This document shows, piece by piece, positions 39,612 to 53,044 of a stretch of DNA of 64,000 nt; the first letter of the stretch is position 1; every line of letters starts with the position of its first letter. A program made the translations under genes and the position numbers. This stretch comes from Eledone cirrhosa (lineage: Eukaryota). The stretch is taken from contig OZ024745.1 in assembly GCA_964016885.1 (NCBI GenBank), positions 38,564,001 through 38,628,000 on the forward strand, in the 5' to 3' direction. The notes below the pieces were generated by a model. That model was not told where the DNA came from and did not search any database. It saw nothing but the letters and a program-made list of their open reading frames with translations.

Positions 39612-40125
39612 TATATGTAAGTACGGTGAACTTTTTAAAATTTATTTTAAATCTTTTTCACTATTTGCTAAACTTTGATTTTATATGTTCTGGCTTGTTA
39701 ATTTATTAACCTGCCATAGAACCACATTGGCATAAAGTTGGACAATACTTGTATCCCTATATGTATTTTTTACACGCAGGAACAGACTTTATTATTAAAA
39801 TCCCCTAAGGTTGAGATCACTTTTGGTCGTTTGAACCCTGCCTTTTGTCTTTACACACGAAACTAGGCAAAATTGTTTCTTCCATCATTCACTCTCATTC
39901 GGGAACAGTTTTGTATGACGCCAGTTTGTGATTTGAACTCGAGAATTCTATATTCTCCGAGCGAGAAAAGCCTTCTGACGGAAATTCCCTTTCTCAATGG
40001 AAATCCGTTTGGATTACCTCTTTCTTTTGGGGTTTGAAATCGCGATGTAAAGGCACATATAGTAAGTACAGTGAAACTTTTAAAATTTATTTTAAAACTT
40101 TTTCTCTATTTGCTAAACCTTCATA
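39612..40125 (+). mobile_element. ORF-less ~445 bp unit with ~65 bp terminal direct repeat and one hammerhead
   Basis: gtaagtac.gtgaa..ctatttgctaaac at 39617-39674 and 40062-40119; TA-rich flanks. Confidence 0.72.
39970..40054 (+). ncRNA. Hammerhead motif (A9G) with extended stem II
   Basis: gccuu CUGACGG aaauucc..gggguuu GAAA ucgcgaug UA aaggc; 5-bp stem I, palindromic AUCGCGAU. Confidence 0.62.
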
Positions 40126-40249
40126 TTATATATATATATATATTATATATGGGAACAAGTAAGGCCATGTTGACATACCCGTAAAAAACAACCTTGACGG
40201 TTTATGGTTCGCTGGATAGTGTTGAATCCAACAAATTAAATATGACTTC

Positions 40250-40314
<65 letters not shown>

Positions 40315-40772
40315 TCATATATACATACATATATATATATATATATACAAACATACATTTATATATACAAACATACACATGTACATAGAGGATGCAAGTG
40401 TAGCTAGGAGAATTGGACAAGAAATCAAGGATTATCGGAATACACATCACTATAGTATATCCAAATAGACTACCATCTCCAAAGATGACTCACATTCAGA
40501 TTACTCTGTGTTTGCATGCACACCCCCATCTATGTGTGTGTGTGTGTGGTAGTACTACTCCTGCAAATGGCATCTACGTATTGATTACGTTACTTAACCG
40601 TGTCTACCAATCGATATCCATGCGGAATCCACAAATATTTAGGCATACACAGACATATACACACACACCCATTCACACACAAACATACACACACACATTA
40701 TATATATATGTGTGTGTGTGTGTGTGTGCGTGTGTGGGGGGGGGGGTCTGCGTGTGTGTATGTGTGTGTGTG

Positions 40773-40813
<41 letters not shown>

Positions 40814-41424
40814 ATACGTAAGTGACTGGATGTGACTATTGGTCTTTAGAGAATCAACAATCTAAATGAATTCAAAGATGTAAAATAAATATTAATTTGC
40901 AGTCAAGTAATTTGTACGCTTCAAATTTAGAAAATTAATTTTCTGCCACGCTTAATTTTCATCAATTACATTGCTGACTTAACCTCTTGATTAATATTTT
41001 ACAACTTCCACTTGTGGAATTTATATGTAACTTCTGTAATTCTTAGACCTGAATTTCCTTATAAACAAAACTTCTACGGAGTAAATATGTCGTTTATGAA
41101 TACTTTGTACTTTACTTCACATAGCACCATCCTCTCAGCTAAATAAATTATTTGAACCATTTGATTCCAGTTCCTCGGCGGACTAACAACACACCCAGAA
41201 GCTAGACATATCCATGCATTGACAAAGTGAAACACACTTCAACAACATGTGTACACCGAAACATATATAGCAGTAAATTTATAATATTTAATATACGAAA
41301 CCAAATTTTACATTTTTGACTTACTTATTTTATTTTACATTACTTCGGAGTAAACAAACCAACCTTCGTACTTCGTCGAGTACTCCAATCTGCATACTGA
41401 GGTTTCCGTAAACAACCAACATAT

Positions 41425-43505
41425 ACTCAAAATAAATAAAATATATGTATATATAATATATGTATATATATATACACATACACACAGCTAGATGATGTAA
41501 AACGGAGTATTTGTATCAAAATAAAGATCCGAAGGCATGGTATATATTTCCAATCAGTTTAATCACGACACATATTTCAATAAAAGATAGATCGATCGTG
41601 TAGCCATGATCGATTATCACTGAGAATGAATTGTTTTGAAATCCTTAATATGCGGGTGAACATTAACGGTGTTCCCTCAGATTGTAGTCCCTCATATGAA
41701 GATCAAGCAGTCAAAACACGGCGACTGCTATCGTCCTCAGTTAGGGTCATAAAACTATCAAGTCTCTATCTCCCAATAGCTGTAAAAGACGCTGGATATC
41801 AATCAAATCTGTAGAATTACAGTCGGTCACAGTTGGTACACACACACTCAAACACTAACGACACCAGGTCAAAGAAAAAAATATATATAGATATACCTAC
41901 ATAGCATCACATATGTAGAACTACAGACGGTCACAGTTAGTGTGAGTGAGTACACACACACTCACAGACACCGACACGAGGTTAAAGAAAAAATATAAAT
42001 ATACCAACAAAGTATTCACCGAAAGTTAGTTTACAAAACATCAAATGTTATATTGGTAAAATTGAGATTTGACGATATAAATTCGAAAAATTGGGTCAAC
42101 CGCAACTCTATACACACTCATGTATTTTCAGTTCAATGTTCTGCTATACGTGTATAGATTTAATTGTAACATCCGTATCTTCCTAAAAAGTGTATGTTTA
42201 GGTATATACACATCCATGTGAAGAGCAAGTAGTCAGCTCATATCGAACTCAGTATGTGCCGTTGTCCCATTGAGAATCTGAGTACCCAAATCTGTGCGTG
42301 CAAGCAACCTCTATGTAGGCCACCAAGGGGCTCTGTGTAGGGCTGGGTATTTGGGTTAAGGTGTCAGTATGTGCGATTTCCCGTCATGTGGGCCCTTGGG
42401 CTTTTAAGATAGGTGTTTGAGTGGTGGAAGTATGTTATCCAACACAATAGGCAAAATAAAATAACAAAGAATAGCAAAACCCCAGAGAATGTGTGTAGGC
42501 CCATTAATGGTGTGTAAGTATTATTGTCAAATCTGTAACCGTGAGCACTCCATGGTTAGATGATCACGGATCAAAACCTAGTGTAGTGTTCAATCGATAG
42601 GAACGTGACCAGTAATATCTGTGGGACCTCAGTGTCTAAAGAAACCGGGTACTGTGTGTAGAATTATGTTTAGAGAGCGTAATTAGTCTTAACTGAGTGT
42701 GTAATACGTCTAGCTATATCCTAACCGAGAGAACTCAATGGTTAGGGTATCTTAAAGTAATGGTGAATGCGCGTAATCGGTCTTACCTGAGTGTGTAATC
42801 ATTCTAACTATTTACTAACTAGGTATTCTAATGTGCACTCAGCTGTGAGAAATCTGTGGAAACAGGCCGAGTACCGTTTGTATATATTTTTATATATTTT
42901 CTTTCTTTTCTCGTGTCGGTGTGTGTGAGTGTGTGTGCACTCACTCACACTAACTGTGACCATCTGTAGTTCTACAGATTTGATGCTATGTTGGTATATG
43001 TATACATATTTTTTTTCTTGAACCTCGACCTCGCGTCGTGTGTGTGTGTGTATGTGTGTGTACCCACCCACATTAACTGTGACCGACTGTAATTCTACAG
43101 ATTTGATTGATGTCCAGCGTCTTTTACAGCTATTGGGAGATAGAGACTTGATAGTTTTATGACCCTAACTGAGGACGATAGCAGTCGGCGTGTTTTGACT
43201 GCTTGATCTTCATATTCGGGACTAAACTTTGTGAGTGAAGACTGTTAATTTTCTCCCTCTTATCAAGGATTTGAAGACAATTCATTTCCACCTGACGAGG
43301 TCAGTGATAATCGATCATGGCTACACGATCGATTTATATTTTATTGAAACATGTGTAGTGATTAAACTGATTGGAAATTTATACCATGCCTTCGGATCTT
43401 TATTTTGATACAAATACTCCGTTTTACATCATCTAGCTGTGTGTCTCTCTCTCTATATATACATATATTATATATACATATATTTTATATATTTTGTGTA
43501 TATGT
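41425..43505 (+). mobile_element. ORF-less Penelope-type element with ~600 bp inverted arms (41425-42010 / 42875-43505)
   Basis: Long inverted repeat; the right arm has a hammerhead, while the left arm has its core deleted. Confidence 0.85.
43289..43360 (+). ncRNA. Type-I hammerhead motif with extended stem II
   Basis: cac CUGACGA ..aucgaucaug gcua cacgaucgau.. GAAAC augu GUA gug; base of stem II imperfect. Confidence 0.68.
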
Positions 43506-44220
43506 AAACATTCTTCTCTACTCAAAGCATTTCTCCCTTTAGATTATTATTCTCTCTGTGAATTAATCTGGAAGGTGAGCATCGTATAAGGTGCTGCGTG
43601 GGAAAATTAATTTGCATAAAACTAGATCCCGGAAGCTTGGGAAAACCTACTATTGAGAAATGCAACAATGCACTACAAGTTGATTTGAAAACATGAACCT
43701 AGACCAGAATGTTTGATATAATTACAGTCTCATACGTCCTTTGTGGTGAACTAAGTGAATAATACATTGCATATTACGGTTTGAAATATATTGTTTATAA
43801 GGGATATTGGAAATATGGATATTACAGCCCGACTAATGATGTAAGGCGAGAGAAGGGAAATGGGTGAAATTAAGACATCGGTATCAAGGAGATGACAACA
43901 AGTAGGAAAAACAAAATAATTTTTTGTGCAGTATGTGGAATGAATAATGGATATGGAAAATATGTAAATATGAGAGGCAGCGGTGATTGAAACTAGAGCA
44001 AGTGTGAACAGAACGATGTAGTAAAGCATGATTTAAAGAAAATTAAAAGAAATGTAAAATGTAAATTGATTAAAAAAAAAAAAGGAACATATATGAAGAA
44101 GAAAAAGAGAAAGAGAAGCAAATATAAATGAACCAAGGAGTATAAGAACTCGAAGATTCGAAGTAGACGGAAAATATGATATATTAGAAATGAAGGAAGC
44201 GGGAGTACGTGTCGTAAAAT

Positions 44221-44361
44221 AGAAGAAGAAGAAGAAGAAGAAGAAGAAGAAGAAGAAGAAGAAGAAGAAGAAGAAGAAGAAGAAGAAGAAGAAGAAGAAG
44301 AAGAAGAAGAAGAAGAAGAAGAAGAAGAAGAAGAAGAAGAAGAAGAAGAAGAAGAAGAAGA
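44221..44361. repeat. (AAG)n microsatellite
   Basis: Direct reading; source of the poly-F ORF. Confidence 0.97.
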
Positions 44362-44639
44362 ATGAATTAACTAGATGAAGTATTAGTGGTAGATGAAGGA
44401 AAAGGAAGGAAAGAAGTAAGGAAACAATGTGAAACATATCCGAACCATAATTAGAAAAATTAGAAAAGTAAAAAAAAACTCCAATGCAAGAAATCAATGA
44501 TGAAATTTAGAAAACGACTGACATTTTGACAACAAGCACACATACACATAACGCGCGCGCACACACACACACTCACACACACACATATTTATATAAAGCT
44601 CTCTTTCCATATATGTGTGTATGTGTGTATGTGAGGGCG

Positions 44640-44760
<121 letters not shown>

Positions 44761-45659
44761 ATACATACAGATGTACTTGTATTCGTGTCTCTGTCAGTAT
44801 CAGATACATTGTACTTGAATTAAAAACATAAATAATGATGAGGCGAACATAACAAAAAACCTAAGTTGCTTTTATTTAAGTTAGGTAAATCCTGTTTCCT
44901 AAACTCTGAAATACTCTTCTACACTTGATTGATTGAACTGTAATGAGTGTGACAGTCGACGAAGGATTAAGATATGTTATAAGTCCTCTTCGATATTTAT
45001 TTCGACATATAGACTTCTTTAGGTTTACTTTTTTGTAAAATCAAGTAAATATTATGAAATGAAATTACATCCGTTTCTTCGTATTGTTTGGTGTATGTGC
45101 GTTTGTATTTTGTTTTTGTGCAAATTCTAAATTTGTATGAAATTTCATCCGATGTTGTTGCAACAATCGTGGATATTGCGTTCGTTTTAATTAAATGCTG
45201 CAGCTGTTTCAATGTTCAAAGTGCAATTTTGAGGTAAAAGATAGGAAAACAACAATAATCCGTACAAATGAAAGAATACGTCGAATAATAATAATGAAGT
45301 AGCGGTAACATTTAAAGATTAAGAAAGTGTGAAATTGTTAGGTCATATGCACACGTTGACACACGTTCGTTTCTTTTACAGAAATAAGCAAACCAAAAAC
45401 AAATTAAATGATCGTCTGAAGCATAGATTTATTTATTTATTTATAAAAATGTTGTTAGCCGCAATCTTGGCTTGTTAAATTTAATATCATTTCATATGAA
45501 AAAATAAATAACAAATCAAGTATTGTTTGTTTTATTAAAATCATCACTGGCGTGGATAATAAAAGAAACAAAACAAACTTTTTTTCGTATTTTACTTGAA
45601 GACATCTGTTAACAATTCAGTGAATATTTTATACTCGACTATTTACTTTTGATATTGAC

Positions 45660-45686
45660 AATAATAACAACATAATTAATAATAAT

Positions 45687-45745
<59 letters not shown>

Positions 45746-45749
45746 TAAT

Positions 45750-45835
<86 letters not shown>

Positions 45836-45853
45836 TGATAATAATAATAATAA
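45660..45853. repeat. (AAT)n microsatellite, imperfect
   Basis: Direct reading. Confidence 0.97.
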
Positions 45854-46660
45854 AATTGATGGTAGAAATATAATCGATAATATTTATACAATGTAAATCA
45901 ATATTGAATAAACTGTATTGACACTAAAACCTTTGAAGCTAAATATATTTTGCATGGAAATTTGAATGCATCAATTTTGCTGTGTTTTTTTTTTATGATT
46001 TCAGTCGGGTGAGATGCTACTCATTTGTAACATCCAATTTATTGCCCGTTATATCTTTTTTATTGGCTTATTTCAGCAGACGAAGTCCATGCTGGAGCAC
46101 AGTATACGAGGATTTAACAGCTTATATGGATGCAAAAATTAGTCAGCTGCTTCATTTAATCGATGAGATAAACAACAGTAGAAAAGACAAATATTGTTAG
46201 AAGTTCTATACCCCGAAAGCGATATAGATTTCGTAATATCATAGGGAGAAAATAAGTAAGTAAATTGTTGGCACTAAAAAATAATATAACACACACACAT
46301 ACCCCCCCCCCCCATATATATATATATATGTATATATATAAGCAAACACAAACGCACACACAAACACTGACACACTCACACAGGCACACACTCAAGTTTA
46401 TCCGACCCAAATTCTCACATATTGCATTTTCCACACGTTCCTTACAAGGTTTTGATCGATCTGAAGCAATAGTAGAAACGGCAAACATTAGTCCAGGAGA
46501 GTACTGTAAACAATAATAAAAAAGTACATACGTCAGTCAAAACGGCTGAGAAAGATTGAAGTTTGCTGATGAAATAAGAACATTACTCAAGGAAATGTGT
46601 CAATGGCTACATCTTGGATTTGCGGAAATATGCAAATATATATACATATACATACATACA

Positions 46661-46742
<82 letters not shown>

Positions 46743-46818
46743 ATAAATTTGAAGACTAAACTCCAAAGAGGGCTCGATAAGGATAAATATATATCAAATA
46801 TATAAGAACCGTAGTCAA

Positions 46819-46880
46819 ATATTTATTAAAATAACAGATTAAAGTTTGCTTAAACTTTAATCTGTTATTTTAATAAATAT
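46819..46880. repeat. Perfect hairpin, 29 bp arms with a GCTT loop
   Basis: atatttattaaaataacagattaaagttt gctt aaactttaatctgttattttaataaatat, running into (TA)n. Confidence 0.92.
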
Positions 46881-46898
46881 ATATATATATATATATAT

Positions 46899-47092
46899 AA
46901 CGAAGGAAATGTGGTAAGGAACCAGGTGGACCATAACGCACCAAAGTCCTCAATACTTAGGGTAGTAGAGTGGGTAATAGGAACAAATAAGACCCCGACG
47001 GCTGAGCTCAAGCCGTTTCGACGGCAAATTCTGTACAGAATTAGCCGTCGAAACGGCTTGAGCTCTGCCGTCGGCGTCTTATTTGTTCCTAT
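46899..47092 (-). mobile_element. pLTR 3' fragment ending in a fold-back palindrome (46977-47092) on a half hammerhead
   Basis: Centre aattctgtacagaatt; both arms read GAAA cggc..gccg UC; (TA)n on both sides; homologous to 21398-21591. Confidence 0.85.
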
Positions 47093-47178
47093 ATATATAT
47101 ATATATATATATAAAAGACGTAAAATAAGAAAATTTTAAAAAAATTTTAAAAGATTAACTTACTTACTAAAATTTTCA

Positions 47179-47257
47179 CTCCAACTAATTACTTACTGCA
47201 ATGGGATAAATACAGTTACGTAATAAACTGTTGAGAATTCATTGCATCATCAGGGAG
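47179..47257 (-). ncRNA. Hammerhead copy in the inverted arm, GAAAC mutated to GUAAG
   Basis: cucc CUGAUGA ugcaaug..cauugca GUAAG uaauua GUU ggag. Confidence 0.65.
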
Positions 47258-47627
47258 GTCTATTCTCAGCTAAGTCTCCGGGCAATGCGCGGACACTGGG
47301 TACTCATATAAAAATAATAATAATTCAGTAAATGGAACAGCTAGCGGGAACTGGATTCCATGTACTGAAAATCTCGCTGTCACTGGTCAAATGGCAGATT
47401 CTAAAGAATCAATCACGTGACACTGAGGCTAGTCGGTAGGAGTGGGATGGTAAGATGACAGAAGCCTACTAACACACCAACAAATTAGTAGTGGTTTTGG
47501 CAGGTTTGCTCGACAAATAAGTGATTTGGAGATAAATATAGAGAATTTAGTATATCTACTAACATATATATTTTTATATGAGTCCCCAGTGTCCGCGCAT
47601 TGCCTGGAGACTTAGCTGAGAATAGAC

Positions 47628-47706
47628 CTCCCTGATGACGCAATGAATTCTGAACAGTTTATTACGTAACTGTCTTTATCCCATTGCAGAAACTAATTAG
47701 TTGGAG
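47628..47706 (+). ncRNA. Type-I hammerhead ribozyme with extended stem II
   Basis: cucc CUGAUGA cgcaaug..36 nt..cauugca GAAAC uaauua GUU ggag; palindromic AACUAAUUAGUU. Confidence 0.85.
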
Positions 47707-48172
47707 TGAACATTTTAGTAAGTAAGTTAATCTTTTAAAATTTTTTTTAAATGTTCTTATTTTACGTCTTTTATATTATTGTTCTGCATCCTCCTGCATT
47801 GAACCACCTAGGTACTATTACATAACCTGTGTATTTGCTGGCATTAGCGTACATCTGTTCGCATATGTTAGTAGATATACTAAATTCTCTATATTTATCT
47901 CCAAATCACTTATTTGTCGAGCAAACCTGCCAAAACCACTACTAATTGTCTGTTGTGTTAGTAGGCTTCTGTCATCTTACCATCCCACTCCTACCGACTA
48001 GCCTCAGTGTCACGTGATTGATTCTTTAGAATCTGCCATTTGACCAGTGACAGCGAGATTTTCAGTATATGGAATCCAGTCCCCGCTAGCTGTTCCATTT
48101 ACTGAATTATTATTATTTTTATATGAGTCCCCAGTGTCCGCGCATTTCCTGGAGACTTAGCTGAGAATAGAC

Positions 48173-48251
48173 CTCCCTGATGACGCAATGAATTCTCAAC
48201 AGTTTATTTCGTAACTGTCTTTATCCCATTGCAGAAACTAATTAGTTGGAG
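48173..48251 (+). ncRNA. Type-I hammerhead ribozyme (tandem copy)
   Basis: Same motif 545 bp downstream. Confidence 0.85.
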
Positions 48252-48428
48252 TGAAAATTTTAGAAAGTAAGTTAATCTTTTAAAATTTTTTTTATATTTT
48301 CTTATTTTACGTCTTTTATATTATTGTTCTGCATCCTCCTGCATTGAACCACCTAGGTACTATGACATAACCTGTGTATTTGCTGGCATTAGCGTACATC
48401 TGTACGCATATGTTAGTAGATATACTAA

Positions 48429-48473
<45 letters not shown>

Positions 48474-49003
48474 GCATACGTGCGTTCATATATATATATA
48501 TATATATATGTGCGTGTATAATTATATCATGTTAGATTTTAATGCTTTCAGGAGATAGTATGCTAACAGAGTCTTAGAGTTATTAAATAAATAATAAATG
48601 CCATAGTAGCAGATATATTCACAAAACATTCATATATAACGAGAGACGAATCTTACGAGTGAATATTAAAGCTGAAGGGGGAAATCTCAGACATATTTCG
48701 TTATATAAATACTGGTAAACACGGGAGTACAGACAAAAATGTCCATAAATAATTAAACATAAATCGGTAAAATATATATGGATAAATAATACGTAAAACT
48801 ATAGAAAGTTTTGGAATTTATAACTAAGTACTATGACCTGAAATTAATATATAACTTATGTAAATGTCTGAGGCGGTTTTGCAACAACGATGAGGACAAA
48901 AACATTCTCCCTGCCTTATCTATTACCTAACCAACGTGTACATTTATATATGATGCAAATATCTAGCTACTTATTCATCTGTATATTGCTATTATTAAAT
49001 CTT

Positions 49004-49034
<31 letters not shown>

Positions 49035-49928
49035 AATGTACATCAGTTGCATGTATGATACATATTTTAAGCGCCGGTTGGAAATGTATCATTCTTTAAT
49101 ATGGAAATGTTCATCTGTCTGCCGCATGGTAATATGTATGAGTGAACCACTCATAACTCTCTGATCTCTAATTTGTATTCCTTGCAGAGATTTATTTAAA
49201 GATACTTTCAATACATTCCAGCTCTTACAAGAATAATCTACTCTCATTTCTTTATGTATTCAGGTTAAATATGGAATTATTTCAAAGCCATATGTTTCAA
49301 AGCATGTTAACATATTACTTATATATCGTATGGACCTCATAATTCATATTTTTGTATGTTTCAGCATGCTTCTGTGCAATAGTTAATCATCCTGCTATTT
49401 CAATCTCAGAAATGTTACTGCATTTTCGTTAAACCTTTTCGGTAATACGAAATTGTTGAAGCATAAAACCTCTCACTTCCTGGTACCCGTCTAATACAAA
49501 AGAGAATTGCGCTTTCAACAATGGTTAGTCAGGGCTTTGTTCCAGCATCTATCAGTCACACTGATTCAGCATACATGCTATATATATATATATATATAGT
49601 TTGTGTGTGTTATTATGTGTTTGATGTGAGGTAGAAACATCATGTTATGTCACAGAAACATCAACACTTTTATAATCATTACAAATGTGTTCTATGTTTT
49701 TATAACTATATACATCATTCACAAAGTGATTAATTTCATAATTTCGATAATTCTGCTAGATCCTCTTTTCTCCTATATATTGTTAATTTGCCCTAATGAT
49801 ACTGATGCTTCACACAGTCTGAAGATGTTACACTACATTTCTATTTAACTTTATCTATTATCTAGTTCATGTGGATCGTTAAATATTCTCATAACCAGAA
49901 GAAAATAACGTTATTTAAATTCCTGGTC

Positions 49929-50092
49929 GGTGGATTGGCAGTATCGGTAGAGGGTCGGACGCCATGCTTTCCAGCATAGTTACGTCCCTTTACAATCTGA
50001 GTTGACTTTGCCTTTCATCCTTACGGGGTTGATAAAATAAAGTACCAGAAATGCACTGGGTAATTGCTGGCCTTGTGCCTAAAGTAGAAACA
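49929..50092 (+). mobile_element. SINE copy with internal deletion
   Basis: ggtggattggcagtatcggtag..gataaaataaagtaccag..aagtagaaac. Confidence 0.85.
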
Positions 50093-50664
50093 GTTATTTA
50101 AATTCCTGGTCAAGATATAATTCAACAACGTTTTATATTCTCCCGACAGGAGCACATTAACTAAAGCAACTAGATTTATTTGAAGTCATTGAACCAATTC
50201 ACAATCAGAAACTATCGCTGAGAAATATTTGCCAGCTCTTGAAAGTTTTCATAGTCGACTGTATTGCCTTAATATATTTCCTAAATCAAATTCAGAGAAA
50301 CGTCAATATTCTTTTTCCCAGAGGCTAACATATATGAGTTTCACAATCATCCATTCTATTAAGATTTACTTAGCAAAAAATAACGACAAAAGAAAGAAAC
50401 AAAATAACCCTAAATATTAAATCTAATATCAAGTGATATTTATGAAAAAAAAATAATTCCCTCTCCTTTCCTCACATTCTCTCTCTGTCTCTCTTTCTCT
50501 CTCTCTCTGTCACTGTCTCTTACATTTTCCAAATATGATACTATTTAATGTTTCGTAATTTTTATGATTTGTTACATAACACTTAATAGAATGGATGTGC
50601 GTGTGTTTGTGCGAGTCTGTGTTTCGATTGAGTGTGTTGGTGTGCGTGTATGAATATTTAAATA

Positions 50665-50718
<54 letters not shown>

Positions 50719-50844
50719 CTAAAGACTGTCTTAAGCCAGAAGGCTCATTCGGCCAGTGCTTATCCCTGATTCATGGCGTGAAGCGACTCAGATTACAAGG
50801 CGATACGGAATTGACCAGCTCTATCCAGTGGCGAACCTCAAACC

Positions 50845-51204
<360 letters not shown>

Positions 51205-53005
51205 GCAAAAGTTTTATTTAAAACTGTTGGGTTACAACGAGTAAATATTTTATAACTGATATAAAGCACTCAACACGTTTTGGAGTAGATATACGATTTA
51301 AACAAATGGAAACTATATTTATAAAACCATATTTATTTCATTATACATATTTCAGGGATACCATATTAAAAATATGGCATGCCTTCTTCAGATAAAATAC
51401 AATATATAAGCAGTTTTATAAATAAATTTGACGTACCATAAACATTGATCAACTTCCATTTAAAAAGTTGGTTTGGTAGTGAAATGTTTGTAAATATTTA
51501 GTGTTAAGCACAGTTAGAAAGAAAGACGGAGAGAAGGAATAAATGTATGTAAAGAAAAACAGAGAGAGATAGAGAGAGATATGGGAGAAAGAAATAGTGA
51601 GGGGGTGAAAAATGAGAGGCAGCTGAGGCAACAGATGAATAATAATAATTCATCATACAAATTGAGAGATTTAGGAGGGAGGGAGTACAGTAATTATTTA
51701 TTTATTTATTTATTTAGTTATAGTGTTAAGGAAACGGAGAGAAAAAATAAATAAAGAGAAAACAGCGATACTTAAATTTCATCATGTATAGAGGGAGGAG
51801 AAGAAAGAGCTATATCTAGAGAGGAGGATGACAGATTTACAACTTTACGTTATGTCCTATCAATTTGAATTATCAATTCATATGAATTGGGTATTATAAT
51901 GTATATATCACTATTCATGAATGAGACATAGATATATAATGTGTGAAAAATAATGACCATATGTTTAGTTTAAACATTCTTAGGTCGATATACCAAAAAC
52001 TGAGATAAAACTTCAAAAATACATAAGTATATATGTACTTTCCGGAAAAAAGAAAGAAAGAGAAAAAGAGAAGGTCATCTCAAGTTCTAGTTGACACTAT
52101 AGATATACACGTGAACTTACGTGATCAGCTCTGTAATTTCTTATTTCACATGAAAAAATTTTCCCTTGCGTTATAAAATATTTTACTATATATATATATA
52201 CATACATACACATACATACAAATATATATTAATATTAATATTCCTGCCCTCACATACATGATTATCGTTCATGTATAGAATAGACAACAGATATCAATAT
52301 ATCAAAACGCTAAGAATACTTTCATCACTCCCTAGAGTATCTAGGGCCTTAAAAAAACACAGTATGCCCCCCATATCAACCACAGAAATCAACCCTTCCA
52401 ATTTATCTGACAATATATTGCCAAGTTCATTAGAAGCAATCAGAACCAAAAAACAAACAAAAAACCAAAATTATTCAACAAGACTTATTTAGCAGAAATC
52501 ATTAAAAAGATTTAGGAGACCCTGTTGTTCTACAGATGCTCTTATATTTAGTATAGAAGTTTATCTAGCGTAAAATTTATTCAATAGATTGGGAGCATCA
52601 ACATTTTAGGGTAGTTTAATTACATCATTAGTATATATTTATGAAGAAGGTTTAAAAAAGAAAAAGTTGAAGGAATCGAAAGATTTATCGTCAGGTTTCA
52701 TAATTAATTAAATATCTTAACTAAATATACTATATTTTAAATTTATATTTATATTTAAACGTTGAGTTCAATCTATGTCTGCAGCAACTGAATAAATTGC
52801 TCCTTAGATTAAGGGAATTTTTAGATTTTAATATAAAGAATATCTCCTCCACGAAGAGGTCACATGTCTCAGATGAGGAATTAAAAGGAATCCCTCTTGA
52901 GACTATATTCCAAAACAACGAATATCCAACGTTATTATGTTTAAGTTGCCAGAGTAAGCCTGATAGTGAAGTAGAAGATTTTTTGCCGATTTTTTACCAA
53001 TACGT
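51205..53005 (-). mobile_element. 3' fragment of a Naiad-type Penelope-like element (endonuclease C-terminus + long 3' UTR)
   Basis: 52730-53000 reads STSLSGLLWQLKHNNVGYSLFWNIV..CDLFVEEIFFIL..LNLRSNLFSCCRHR, colinear with the end of ORF 11076-12527. Hammerhead downstream; (TA)n on both flanks. Confidence 0.7.
51341..51396 (-). ncRNA. Hammerhead motif, stem I out of register by one nt
   Basis: uuau CUGAAGA aggcaugccauauu uuu aauaugguaucccu GAAA uaug UA uaa. Confidence 0.6.
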
Positions 53006-53007
53006 GC

Positions 53008-53042
<35 letters not shown>

Positions 53043-53044
53043 GT

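Larger units (their letters stand above)
47113..48436 (+). mobile_element. ORF-less tandem element (545 bp period, ~1.6 units) with inverted 5' copy and three hammerheads
   Basis: 47571-47890 repeats at 48116-48436; 47113-47566 is the reverse complement of ~47863-48320; (TA)n flanks. Confidence 0.92.

Noticed and set aside
47113-48436. CRISPR-like array or TIR DNA transposon
   Set aside because: Repeats are long tandem units without unique spacers, the inversion is one-sided, and no cas or transposase gene is present.
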